This document shows, one piece after another, positions 1 to 8,688 of a DNA stretch of 64,000 nt. The notes under the pieces were generated by a model that did no database searches, was not told the DNA's origin, and saw nothing but the letters and a program-made list of their open reading frames with translations. The stretch's first letter is position 1. The number at the start of each line of letters is the position of its first letter. The DNA is from a candidate division WOR-3 bacterium. GTDB taxonomy: Bacteria > Hydrothermota > Tepidihabitantia > Tepidihabitantales > Tepidihabitantaceae. The DNA lies in the NCBI GenBank assembly GCA_026418295.1, contig JAOABP010000005.1, positions 100,864 to 164,863 of the forward strand, written 5' to 3'. Made by a program: the position numbers and the translations under genes.

Positions 1-175
1 TCTTTTCATTGAACACCCGGCTTACCAGCCCATTGCCTTTTTTCAAATGGAGTGTAACATCGGAGGTCAGAATTCCGGCAGAATCCTGTCCCCGGTGTTG
101 GAGTGCGATCAGGCCGGTGACCAAGTCCGGTGCTACCGGTTGATTAAAGTAGAAAAGACCGAGAACACCACACAC
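1..175 (-). CDS. purF: Amidophosphoribosyltransferase PurF, N-terminal fragment; gene continues beyond the window start
   Basis: Minus-strand translation from GTG at 175 gives V/M-CGVLGLFYFNQPVAPDLVTGLIALQHRGQDSAGILTSD. The N-terminal Cys2 (Ntn glutamine amidotransferase) and the ALQHRGQ(D/E)SAGI motif are characteristic of PurF. Confidence 0.6.
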   Translation of the reverse strand, partial: MCGVLGLFYFNQPVAPDLVTGLIALQHRGQDSAGILTSDVTLHLKKGNGLVSRVFNEK

Positions 176-216
176 GGATTTATTTTAAGTCATTCAATTC
201 AGAATGCAAATGTTAG

Positions 217-1467
217 TTAATCACGGAGTCTGATGTCAAGGCACGGGATTTTCAACCGTTTTGCCATTCCGGCGGAAACGGTTAATGCCATGCCCGAACC
301 GATTATCTCGCTGCCCATGCGTCTTTTTAATAAATCGACTGCCCGATAAAGTCGTTCCATTTTTTCCAAGCGGAGTGGGTCATCAAAGAGAGTAATTTGA
401 CTGTTCCGGGCAGAGACGAGATGAGTCAGAATGACGCCGGTTTGACGGTAAACCCTGCCGGTTTGATAGATCGCATCAAATCCCTGTTGGATAAAGGGAG
501 CTAATAGAAGCGGATACGCCGTTGGTGCGGACAGCTTCAATTCTACTGCGCTTTCCTGAAATTCTTGGGTGCGGAGAAACAGAATCAGACGCTGAGGTGC
601 CAGCTGATAGCGCCGGGCTTTGAAGCAGGCGGCTTCAAGATTGGCACTGAGTCTGCTGAAGATCACGAGCCGGCTGGTGGTCGGGGAGAATGTCGCTGCC
701 TTGCTGATTGAGCGGTAGTTGTTCTTGGGTTCGGAATTTACCAGATATACCGGTCGACCGTTTAATTCCTGCCAGATTTCGTAGCAGGGTTTGGGGAAGT
801 GTTTCTGGATAAACATTTCGGACCGGCAGGCGAGGTCCAGTGCGGTTCTGATGCCCAGTTTATTACACCAGGCAGCGGTGTTGGTTCCGATTCCCCAAAC
901 CGCATCCACGGGCAATTTTTCCAGATACAGGTGAATCTGCCGCCCCGGGATTACTGTCAGTCCCCCAGGTTTTCTGTGCTGAGAGGCAATCTTGGCGAGA
1001 ACTTTAGTGAGGCTGATTCCGATAGAAACTGAGATGCCCAGTTCTGTCCGGATTGTTTCCTGAATCCGGAAACCCAGTTCCTCATAGGAGCAGTGATAGG
1101 CCCGACGCAGGCCGGTGATGTCCACAAACGCTTCATCAATTGAGTATTCTTCGACCGTTGGAGAAAATCGGCGGAGAATATCCATCAGCCGGATCGAAAA
1201 CAGACTGTATTTTTCATAATCGGAGTTAAGAATAATTACCGCTGGATAAAGGCGTTTCACCTCTTGGATCCGCATGCCCCGTTTGATCCCCAGCACCTTG
1301 GCTTCATAACTGGCAGCAGTGACGATTCCCCGTTCTTTGCCGACGACCAGCGGTTTACCAACGAGGTGGGGATTAGTTGCCTGCTCACAGGCAGCAAAGA
1401 AGGCATCGGCATCCACATGCAGAATAGCATTTTGCCAGTCGAAGACCAGGAGTGGCTGGGTGTTCAT
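217..1467 (-). CDS. Y-family DNA polymerase (DinB/UmuC-like translesion polymerase)
   Basis: N-terminus LHVDADAFFAACE and catalytic SIDEAF are the classic Y-family motifs. 416 aa. The start overlaps the lexA stop (ATGA), implying co-transcription. Confidence 0.85.
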   Translation of the reverse strand: MNTQPLLVFDWQNAILHVDADAFFAACEQATNPHLVGKPLVVGKERGIVTAASYEAKVLGIKRGMRIQEVKRLYPAVIILNSDYEKYSLFSIRLMDILRRFSPTVEEYSIDEAFVDITGLRRAYHCSYEELGFRIQETIRTELGISVSIGISLTKVLAKIASQHRKPGGLTVIPGRQIHLYLEKLPVDAVWGIGTNTAAWCNKLGIRTALDLACRSEMFIQKHFPKPCYEIWQELNGRPVYLVNSEPKNNYRSISKAATFSPTTSRLVIFSRLSANLEAACFKARRYQLAPQRLILFLRTQEFQESAVELKLSAPTAYPLLLAPFIQQGFDAIYQTGRVYRQTGVILTHLVSARNSQITLFDDPLRLEKMERLYRAVDLLKRRMGSEIIGSGMALTVSAGMAKRLKIPCLDIRLRD

Positions 1468-2048
1468 CGGTATTTCCGGATTACGGCGGTGACCACTCCT
1501 CCGATTCGCAGTTCCGCTCTGGGCTTCAAAGGCGGGTAGTTCGGATTTGCGGGGACGAGGACAATCTGTCCCCCCTGTTTTCTTAAATATTTAATCGTCC
1601 ATTCACCATCAACTTCAGCAATCACGATATCGCCATTCTTGGGGGTAATTGAGCGGTCAATCAGAACCATGTCTCCCGGGAGAATGCCGGCTTCCCGCAT
1701 TGAATCGCCAGTGACTTTCAAGAGGAAGGTGGCGGCTGAGTTGCGTATCAGCCATTCATCAAGTGAAATTTGGTTCAGAAGTTCCTCCTCGGCGGGAGAG
1801 GGAAAACCGGCTTCAACAGTGCCGAGCAGTTTCAAGGGGGAAAGCAGTTTCTGAGGAATAAGCCTGCCTTTTTCATCCTGAGTGATGATCCCGCGTGCCT
1901 TCAGTTTCTTCACCAGCCGGAAAACCGCATTTTTGGAACGCCAGCCAAAGAGCTGCGCAATTTCAGCGTAAGACGGCATCCGGCACCGCTGCCGGTAGAA
2001 CTGCCGGAGCTGTTCAATTTTATTGTTCAGGTCAGTGCTTCGCCTCAC
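1464..2048 (-). CDS. lexA: LexA repressor (S24 peptidase, SOS regulator)
   Basis: N-terminal winged helix (YAEIAQLFGWRSKNAVFRLVKKLKARGII), Ala-Gly cleavage site (VEAGF), Ser in GDSM and a downstream Lys (WTIKYL). 194 aa. Confidence 0.85.
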   Translation of the reverse strand: MRRSTDLNNKIEQLRQFYRQRCRMPSYAEIAQLFGWRSKNAVFRLVKKLKARGIITQDEKGRLIPQKLLSPLKLLGTVEAGFPSPAEEELLNQISLDEWLIRNSAATFLLKVTGDSMREAGILPGDMVLIDRSITPKNGDIVIAEVDGEWTIKYLRKQGGQIVLVPANPNYPPLKPRAELRIGGVVTAVIRKYR

Positions 2049-2060
2049 GAATTAATTATA

Positions 2061-2076
2061 GTGAACGATTGTTCAC
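2061..2076. promoter_or_regulatory. Candidate LexA operator (Cheo-type box GTGAAC-GATT-GTTCAC) 13 bp upstream of the lexA start
   Basis: Perfect 16-bp palindrome with a GAAC-N4-GTTC core in the lexA upstream region, located between the radical-SAM gene stop and the lexA start. Confidence 0.6.
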
Positions 2077-2103
2077 CTGTCAAGCAAAAATTTAATATCT
2101 ATC

Positions 2104-2988
2104 TTAGCTGTCGATACCCCGGCCTTCAAAGTCCGGGGTATAGTCGGCGGAGGCAGAGGAAAGTTCCTGCAGAAAACCTTCTTCAAAACCGAGGTCCAGA
2201 AAGTAATTCCTGATCTCCTGATACTCGGAAGGACGGAGGCGCCGGTTCATATCCGGCAGGGTTTCTGCCTGATAGGTCGGATAATACTGTGCCATCAGGC
2301 TGATCTGGGTCTGAGGTCCGAGATTGTCCCGAAGCCAGCGGAGGATTTTCTTGGAATCATCAATCTGTCCCGGTAGGACGAGATGGCGGACAATCAGACC
2401 CTGTTTGAGAATTCCATCCTCGTCATAGCGGTTTTCTTCGACCTGCCGTTTCATTTCCATGATTGCCGCGGAGGCGTATTTAAAATAGTTCGGTGCGGAG
2501 GAGAACTGCTGTGCTAGTTCGTCGGAAAAATACTTCAGATCAGGAAGATAGATGGAGACCAGACCTGTCAGTTGCCGCAGGGTTTCAACTTTCTCATAGG
2601 CGTTGGAGTTCCAGAGGATGGGAATCTGCAACCGCTGTTTCGCTGCTTCGAGCACCGGAATCAGCTGCAGGGTATAGTGGGTCGGGGTGACGAGGTTGAT
2701 GTTGTGGGCACCCTGATCTTCAAGCTGGAGCATGATTTCGACCAACCGCTCCGGTCTCACCTTCCTGCCGAACCCCAGCTGGGAGATGTCGTAGTTTTGA
2801 CAGAAACGGCAACGGAGATTGCAGTGGGAAAAGAAGATCGTTCCTGATCCTCTGGTGCCGGATACCGGTGGTTCCTCCCAGAAATGGAGCTGTGCCTGAG
2901 CGATTTCAATTTCATCGGTTGCCCGGCACCGGCCCGGTTTGACCGCGCGGTCAATGTTACATTCAAACGGACAGGCGTTGCAGATCAC
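2104..2988 (-). CDS. Radical SAM protein, PflX-like (homolog of pyruvate formate-lyase activating enzymes; COG1313 type)
   Basis: CNLRCRFC (CxxxCxxC) radical SAM cluster motif near the N-terminus plus an N-terminal Cys-rich segment (CNACPFECN). 294 aa. Confidence 0.7.
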   Translation of the reverse strand: MICNACPFECNIDRAVKPGRCRATDEIEIAQAQLHFWEEPPVSGTRGSGTIFFSHCNLRCRFCQNYDISQLGFGRKVRPERLVEIMLQLEDQGAHNINLVTPTHYTLQLIPVLEAAKQRLQIPILWNSNAYEKVETLRQLTGLVSIYLPDLKYFSDELAQQFSSAPNYFKYASAAIMEMKRQVEENRYDEDGILKQGLIVRHLVLPGQIDDSKKILRWLRDNLGPQTQISLMAQYYPTYQAETLPDMNRRLRPSEYQEIRNYFLDLGFEEGFLQELSSASADYTPDFEGRGIDS

Positions 2989-3078
2989 GGTTATAATTTT
3001 ACTCTTGAAGGAGGCAGTATCAACCCCGGGGTGGTGCTTGTGATTGGGCGAGCAGAGCAGTGAAATCCGGTCTCTGCC

Positions 3079-3106
3079 TTGACCCGTAGTGGAGGCGATT
3101 TAGAAT
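3079..3106 (+). promoter_or_regulatory. Sigma70-like promoter (TTGACC-16-TAGAAT) ending 6 nt before the uvrB ATG, giving a leaderless or near-leaderless mRNA
   Basis: -35 TTGACC at 3079-3084, 16-nt spacer, -10 TAGAAT at 3101-3106, ATG at 3113. There is no SD in between. Confidence 0.45.
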
Positions 3107-3112
3107 ATCCAG

Positions 3113-5140
3113 ATGCAGGAGCAGTTTCGGTTGCGATCGCCTTTTCAGCCCGCCGGTGACCAGCCGGAGGCGATTGAGCGGCTGGTTGAATTCATTCAGT
3201 CGGGAGCGAAGTACTCCACCCTTTTGGGGGTAACCGGTTCCGGCAAGACCTTTGTTATGGCATCGGTGATCGCCCGGCTGAACCGGCCGACAATTGTCAT
3301 TTCCCATAACAAGACGCTGGCAGCTCAGCTGTATGGCGAGTTCCGGCAGTTCTTTCCGGATAATGCGGTGGAGTATTTCATTTCTTATTATGACTATTAC
3401 CAGCCTGAGGCTTATGTGCCGGAACATGATCTCTACATTGAAAAGGATGCCTCAATTAACGAAGAGATCGAACGACTCCGCCTACGCGCCACCTCCAGTC
3501 TGATTGAGCGCCGGGATGTGATCGTTGTCGCATCAGTTTCCTGTATCTACAATCTCGGTGAACCCTGGGAGTTCCGGGAGTCGCTCTTTCCGATTGAACT
3601 GAATCGGGAGCTGGACCGGGAACAATTGCTGGAACAGCTGGTGAAACTGCAATACACCAGAAACGATTTTGAACTCAAGCGTTCCACCTTCCGGGTTCGA
3701 GGTGAGGTGGTGGAGGTTCATCCCTCGCACCGGGATTACGGGGTGCGGATTGAATTTCAGAATGATCGGATTGTCCGGCTGAGTATTTTTGACATTGTTT
3801 CCGGCGAGCTTATTGAGCGCCGGGAGCGAGTGGTAATCTATCCGGCACGCCATTTCATTACCGACGAAGAGCGGATTCAACAGGCGATTAAATCAATTGA
3901 GGCTGAACTCCGGCAGCGGGTGGCAGAGCTGGAGGCGCAGGGAAAACTCTTGGAGGCGCAGCGGCTCAGAACCAGAACCAAATTTGACTTGGAGATGATT
4001 CAGGAGTTCGGTTACTGTCCCGGGATCGAAAACTATTCCCGGCATCTTCTGGGCAAGGCGCCGGGAGAAAGGCCCTACTGCCTTCTGGACTATTTCCCGG
4101 CTGATTATCTGATGTTCATTGATGAGTCCCATCAGACCATTCCGCAGATTCAGGGGATGTATAATGGTGATCGATCAAGAAAACAGGTGCTGGTCGATTA
4201 CGGATTCCGGCTGCCCTCCTGTCTGGACAACCGGCCGCTGCGCTTTGACGAGTTTGAAACCCTGATCAATCAGGTGGTATTTACCTCGGCAACGCCGGGA
4301 GATTATGAGCTGGAGCGGAGTCAGGGCCGGGTTGCCGAGCTGATCGTCCGCCCCACCGGTCTGGTGGATCCGAAGATGATCGTCCGGCCGACTACCAATC
4401 AGGTGGACGATCTGCTGAATGAAATCCGGCAGCGGGTTGAGCGCCGGGAGCGGGTGCTGGTAACAACATTGACCAAGCGCATGGCCGAAGACTTGGCAGA
4501 GTACCTGACAGAACTGGGAATTCGTGTAAGGTATCTTCATTCCGAGATCGAGCCGCTGGAGCGGGTGGAGATTCTTCGCGGACTGCGGCTCGGTGAATTT
4601 GATGTGCTGGTCGGGATTAATCTTTTACGTGAGGGGCTGGACCTGCCGGAGGTGTCACTGGTGGCGGTGCTGGATGCGGACAAGGAGGGGTTTCTGCGCG
4701 ATGCCCGTTCCCTGATCCAGACCGCGGGCCGGGCGGCAAGAAATGTCCGGGGCGAGGTGATTTTATACGCCGACAACATTACCCGTTCCATCCGGAATGC
4801 GCTTGCTGAGACTGAGCGACGGCGGCAGAAGCAGATTGAGTATAACCGCCGGCACGGCATTGTTCCCCGTTCAATTGAAAAGACGACAGAACAGGTGCTG
4901 GGCACGACCGCGGTTGTCGATGTCCGGCAGGAGGAAACGGCAGAGAAAGAGTGGCAGGTTGCGGATAGGGAAGACCAAATGGAAATTCTGCTCCGTTTGG
5001 AAAAGGAAATGCAGCAGGCAGCGCAGAATTTGGAGTTTGAACGGGCAGCAAAACTGCGGGACAGAATCCGTGAACTCCAGCAGCAGATTGATGATGCGGA
5101 GTGGCGAAAAAGCCGGCGCAAACGGCTGAAAAATCGGTGA
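3113..5140 (+). CDS. uvrB: Excinuclease ABC subunit B
   Basis: Walker [10 protein letters not shown], helicase motifs, and a C-terminal UVR domain ([16 protein letters not shown]). 675 aa. Confidence 0.95.
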   Translation: MQEQFRLRSPFQPAGDQPEAIERLVEFIQSGAKYSTLLGVTGSGKTFVMASVIARLNRPTIVISHNKTLAAQLYGEFRQFFPDNAVEYFISYYDYYQPEAYVPEHDLYIEKDASINEEIERLRLRATSSLIERRDVIVVASVSCIYNLGEPWEFRESLFPIELNRELDREQLLEQLVKLQYTRNDFELKRSTFRVRGEVVEVHPSHRDYGVRIEFQNDRIVRLSIFDIVSGELIERRERVVIYPARHFITDEERIQQAIKSIEAELRQRVAELEAQGKLLEAQRLRTRTKFDLEMIQEFGYCPGIENYSRHLLGKAPGERPYCLLDYFPADYLMFIDESHQTIPQIQGMYNGDRSRKQVLVDYGFRLPSCLDNRPLRFDEFETLINQVVFTSATPGDYELERSQGRVAELIVRPTGLVDPKMIVRPTTNQVDDLLNEIRQRVERRERVLVTTLTKRMAEDLAEYLTELGIRVRYLHSEIEPLERVEILRGLRLGEFDVLVGINLLREGLDLPEVSLVAVLDADKEGFLRDARSLIQTAGRAARNVRGEVILYADNITRSIRNALAETERRRQKQIEYNRRHGIVPRSIEKTTEQVLGTTAVVDVRQEETAEKEWQVADREDQMEILLRLEKEMQQAAQNLEFERAAKLRDRIRELQQQIDDAEWRKSRRKRLKNR

Positions 5141-5172
5141 AGATTCCAGAAATCGGCTTTTAAAACCTCAGC

Positions 5173-6651
5173 TTAAGGTAGCTGCAGTTCAAAGTAATGA
5201 GTCACATCATCAGATGAGGTCGCAAGGCCTATTGCCACCACGCCGCTTTCAGCCGGTTGTAAAAGATGATAGGTGGCGGTCTCCCTTTCCAACTGTTGGT
5301 GCAGCAGGAATCGCTCCGTTTTTCCTTTCTGAAGGTTGAGTTTATAGACAAGAGTTTGCGTGTTGCTCGTAACCAGGGCATAGATGGAGGTGCCGGCATC
5401 AAGAAAATCAACAATCCGCCAGGGGAAGTTGAGACGGAATGTTTCTAGCATATAGCGCAGCGGTTCACTGGAGTGGTCGATCGCCGGAGTAACTGGTGTT
5501 GCATTCTCCCAGATCACGATCGAGTCCTCTAATTCAAATTCTTGGTTGGAGATCAGAATCTTGCCCGAATAACGATCGGCAGCGTAATACCGGTTATTCT
5601 GTCTGCGGACAAATGCTTCGTTATTTACGAGATAACCAAGCCGCAGTTCCTCAAATCTGGAATCAAGTTTACCAATAAAACGGATAAATCTGCCACCGGT
5701 ATCATAAACTGCCAGCTGGTGGATGTTCTTGAGATAAAATTCCTCCCGGAAAGGATTCCAGTCAGCGGGCAGATTTTCATCAGGTATTTCCGAACCCTGG
5801 GCAGGCCAGCCCCGGCAGTAAGGAAGAAACACAATTCCCGTTTCGGGAACGAGGGAGGCATCTGGATGTTCAAAAACGCCGGGAATGGTGTCAGGCCAGG
5901 ATTGAAATTCCACGCACCGTAACATCTGATTGGAATTTATGCTTTTGGTGACCATGACCGGTGCATTGAAGTAGTCAATCTGCACATTCTCATCTTCGTT
6001 TCTCATCCGAATGCTGGGCAGGGAGGCGGTGATTATGAGCAGGGAATCATCAAGAAACCGGTGACTGAAATACATAGAATTGATAATATTCATCGCCTTG
6101 AGTTTAAGCACAAGCTCTGCCGGCAGACGGATGAACAGCGCCTCTTCCGAACTGTCGGGATAAAGCGCACGCAGCAGCTTTCCAGTGAAGAGATCGAAGA
6201 CATAAACATGGAAGGTCATATGGTCGGTAAACGCAAGACGGGTACCGGCTGGATTGAGCGAAAGATAATACGTGCTAGAAATCGGATGTTCATCTGTGTC
6301 CCAAAGTCTTATCCGGCGCCGGAATTGCGGCTTTAGCCTTTTCCCCGGCACTCTTTTTTCTGAAATAGCGGCTGCGTTGCGGGCAACTCTCGGGCGGGAG
6401 CCGTCGGCGATGAAATGGGCAACTAAGATGGAGTCAATCCGGCAGCTCAGTGCCCGGGAAGAAATAAGTTCTCCGGTTGAGATTTTGAACTTGGTAACAA
6501 AGGGTACCTGGAGAGTACCGGCGGAAAATTGAAAGTTTCTGAGGAAGTTTTCATCAACCACCAAGAGCATTATCGACATTAAAACTCCGGCGCTGGAGAT
6601 AGCGTTCTGCCGCACGGCGGTGATTGGAGACCGCAAGCAGGGTGATGTCAT
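5173..6651 (-). CDS. Hypothetical protein; true start possibly at internal Met (around 6579)
   Basis: Long ORF with consistent codon usage and no recognisable motif. Its N-terminus overlaps the next minus-strand ORF by about 100 nt, so the start is uncertain. Confidence 0.45.
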   Translation of the reverse strand: MTSPCLRSPITAVRQNAISSAGVLMSIMLLVVDENFLRNFQFSAGTLQVPFVTKFKISTGELISSRALSCRIDSILVAHFIADGSRPRVARNAAAISEKRVPGKRLKPQFRRRIRLWDTDEHPISSTYYLSLNPAGTRLAFTDHMTFHVYVFDLFTGKLLRALYPDSSEEALFIRLPAELVLKLKAMNIINSMYFSHRFLDDSLLIITASLPSIRMRNEDENVQIDYFNAPVMVTKSINSNQMLRCVEFQSWPDTIPGVFEHPDASLVPETGIVFLPYCRGWPAQGSEIPDENLPADWNPFREEFYLKNIHQLAVYDTGGRFIRFIGKLDSRFEELRLGYLVNNEAFVRRQNNRYYAADRYSGKILISNQEFELEDSIVIWENATPVTPAIDHSSEPLRYMLETFRLNFPWRIVDFLDAGTSIYALVTSNTQTLVYKLNLQKGKTERFLLHQQLERETATYHLLQPAESGVVAIGLATSSDDVTHYFELQLP

Positions 6652-6952
6652 TTTTTACCCCCTGAGCCCGGAGGCGTTCGATGAACGGTACGATTCCTCC
6701 TTCGATCCTGGCAGCGATCATCGGCGGGACGACAAAAATGTATACAGTATCTGATTTGTAGGCAATACCAAGTTTCTGGAAAAAGCGGCGGACTTCACGA
6801 TTGGTGCCTTCAATCTGCGCCATCTGGTGAAGTTGCTGAGCCGGATTGAAATTGGAACCGAATAGATAAAAAGCGGTTAAAAGTATGAGAATAAGGGCAG
6901 GGGCAAGAATCTTACTGCCCCTGCCCGCATTTACCACTGAGTTACCTTTCAT
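6554..6952 (-). CDS. Small hypothetical membrane-anchored protein
   Basis: N-terminal hydrophobic segment ILAPALILILLTAFYLF, 132 aa, no known motif. Confidence 0.35.
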   Translation of the reverse strand: MKGNSVVNAGRGSKILAPALILILLTAFYLFGSNFNPAQQLHQMAQIEGTNREVRRFFQKLGIAYKSDTVYIFVVPPMIAARIEGGIVPFIERLRAQGVKNDITLLAVSNHRRAAERYLQRRSFNVDNALGG

Positions 6953-6959
6953 GTCTAGG

Positions 6960-7291
6960 TTATTCGAGCGGAGTAATTTCCTTGACCTTCAGTTCGTCAC
7001 CGTAAACTGGAGTTTCATCAAGCGGCAAAGGAGCACCCAGACGAATACGATAGCGCTGTCCTGAACTCGGGTCAGTACCCGTTAATTCAAGGAGGATATC
7101 AGGTGATGCATTAAAGGGAAGGGTAATCTCAAGACAGACAATGGAATCTCTGTCAGAGCAGATTCGAGGGGGAATAATTGTTATTCCTCCAGAACCATAG
7201 AGCTTGATATTAGCAGCGGTAAGTACAGGAATCAGGAAAAAAGAAGTCCGACGAAAAGAATGCGCAGGTTTGTTAATTTTTTTCCAAGCAT
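6960..7291 (-). pseudogene. Small secreted protein gene interrupted by a -1 frameshift at a T6 run (or a sequencing error)
   Basis: ATG at 7291 (minus) encodes a signal peptide, MLGKKLTNLRILFVGLLFS, then TGA. The adjacent frame continues for about 95 codons (…FLIPVLTAANIKLYGSGGITIIPPRICSDRDSIVCLEITLPF…EITPLE) with no start codon of its own. The frame switch sits at the homopolymer cttcttttttcc. Confidence 0.35.
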
Positions 7292-7365
7292 CCTTTTCCT
7301 TTTTTCACAGCCGGAGTTTTTCCGACTGCGACTAAATTATACTACTACTATTTGTCAACTTTAAT

Positions 7366-8466
7366 TTATTTCCTCATTCTCAGCCATAAACTGTGCAGGT
7401 GGCCGGCGATGGTCATTGCCTTTACCGGACAGATTTCTGAGCAGCAGAAGCAGCGGATGCATCTCCGGCGGTCAATTTCAGGGAAGGAGTTCATTTCGAT
7501 CGCACCTACCGGACAGTTACGGGCACATTCAGCACAACGGATGCAGCGGTTGCGGTTCAGGACTGGTACGCGGGGAATGATCAGCCGATATACCGGCCGG
7601 GAGAGGCGGGTGATCAAACTGGCGAATCCGGCACCAGGCAGGCGGAATCCGGGAATTGGTGCAAAATCACCATGGATCTGAATTGCGGTCCGGTCTGCCG
7701 GTCCTAGTCCGCGGCTGGCGGCAATCCGCACAGTCGGAATGGAGTCCGGTCGGACACCGGCAAGCATCGCCATCACCGCATCCAGGGCAACACCGTTTTC
7801 ACTGGCAAGCAGCAGATCCATCTTCCGCACCCTTCCGCCACTGGGGCCGTTGATTCCGTCCATGACCCGGATACCGTCCATGATATGGAACATTTTTACC
7901 GGCACCGCCTGATAGATGTCTATCAGCAGTTCGGCAAACTGCTCCGAACTGGCAGCTAGGGTGTGGAGATATGCCTTGTGACCGCCGGGGATGATGCCGA
8001 AAATGTTTTTGATCGCACCAGTGAGCAGGGTCAGGGCATGGGTTTTGAACACCGGCAGGTTGAGGATAATGTCAACTTCATGAATCAGGCTCGAGACCGG
8101 AATTTCTGTGGTATAGCGGGATGAGAGCGGCAGTTGCACCGGGTTGATTGATACATTCTGAAAACAGCTCTGACTGGCTTCAATCACACCGGTCGGTTTC
8201 AGGTAGTCTTCAATCCGGTTCCGGCGGGCGCCAGCCGGGTTGTCGCCGACGATTATTCTTTTGGCGTTGCGCCGTTTGAGCTCGGAGACGAGCTCATAAA
8301 CCAGCTCCGGACTGGTGGTTACTCCGGCTTCAGGTGGATGGGGCGCGAGCAGGTTAGGTTTGATCCAGATCCGTTTGCCGGAGAAGTCATAACCGAGGAA
8401 GTCAAGCGCCTCAATGACCGCTGCCTGCAGGTCGCCAATTTTTCGCACGAGTACCGAGGAGAACAT
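7366..8466 (-). CDS. DUF362-family protein with a C-terminal 2x[4Fe-4S] ferredoxin domain
   Basis: C-terminal CIRCAECARNCPVGAI and CIRCFCCSEICPV motifs. The N-terminal 280 aa resemble the DUF362 family. Confidence 0.65.
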   Translation of the reverse strand: MFSSVLVRKIGDLQAAVIEALDFLGYDFSGKRIWIKPNLLAPHPPEAGVTTSPELVYELVSELKRRNAKRIIVGDNPAGARRNRIEDYLKPTGVIEASQSCFQNVSINPVQLPLSSRYTTEIPVSSLIHEVDIILNLPVFKTHALTLLTGAIKNIFGIIPGGHKAYLHTLAASSEQFAELLIDIYQAVPVKMFHIMDGIRVMDGINGPSGGRVRKMDLLLASENGVALDAVMAMLAGVRPDSIPTVRIAASRGLGPADRTAIQIHGDFAPIPGFRLPGAGFASLITRLSRPVYRLIIPRVPVLNRNRCIRCAECARNCPVGAIEMNSFPEIDRRRCIRCFCCSEICPVKAMTIAGHLHSLWLRMRK

Positions 8467-8484
8467 TACTGAGTCGGCAGGTTG

Positions 8485-8676
8485 CTATTTGTTATCTTGA
8501 CCCGGGATGATATAAAGGACATTGGCAAGGGAGACTACCGCTTCGGGCTGGCGCTCCCTGCCTTCTGGAATTCCGGTGTCCCTGAACACCACATCCACCA
8601 TCTTGACCACACCCTCCTTGACGGTGTAGCCGCCGCAGACCGCATAGCCGCCGGATTTGAGATAGACGATGGGCAT
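8485..8676 (-). CDS. Small hypothetical protein (63 aa)
   Basis: ORF fills the gap between the acyl-CoA dehydrogenase and the DUF362 gene, with GC3-rich codon usage matching its neighbours. No motif recognised. Confidence 0.3.
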   Translation of the reverse strand: MPIVYLKSGGYAVCGGYTVKEGVVKMVDVVFRDTGIPEGRERQPEAVVSLANVLYIIPGQDNK

Positions 8677-8688
8677 TTTTCCTCCTTT

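Noticed and set aside
7292-7365. TTGACA and TATAAT hexamers upstream of the frameshifted small gene (minus strand)
   Set aside because: Both consensus hexamers are present, but they are only 11 nt apart, which is too short for a functional sigma70 promoter. It is not called.
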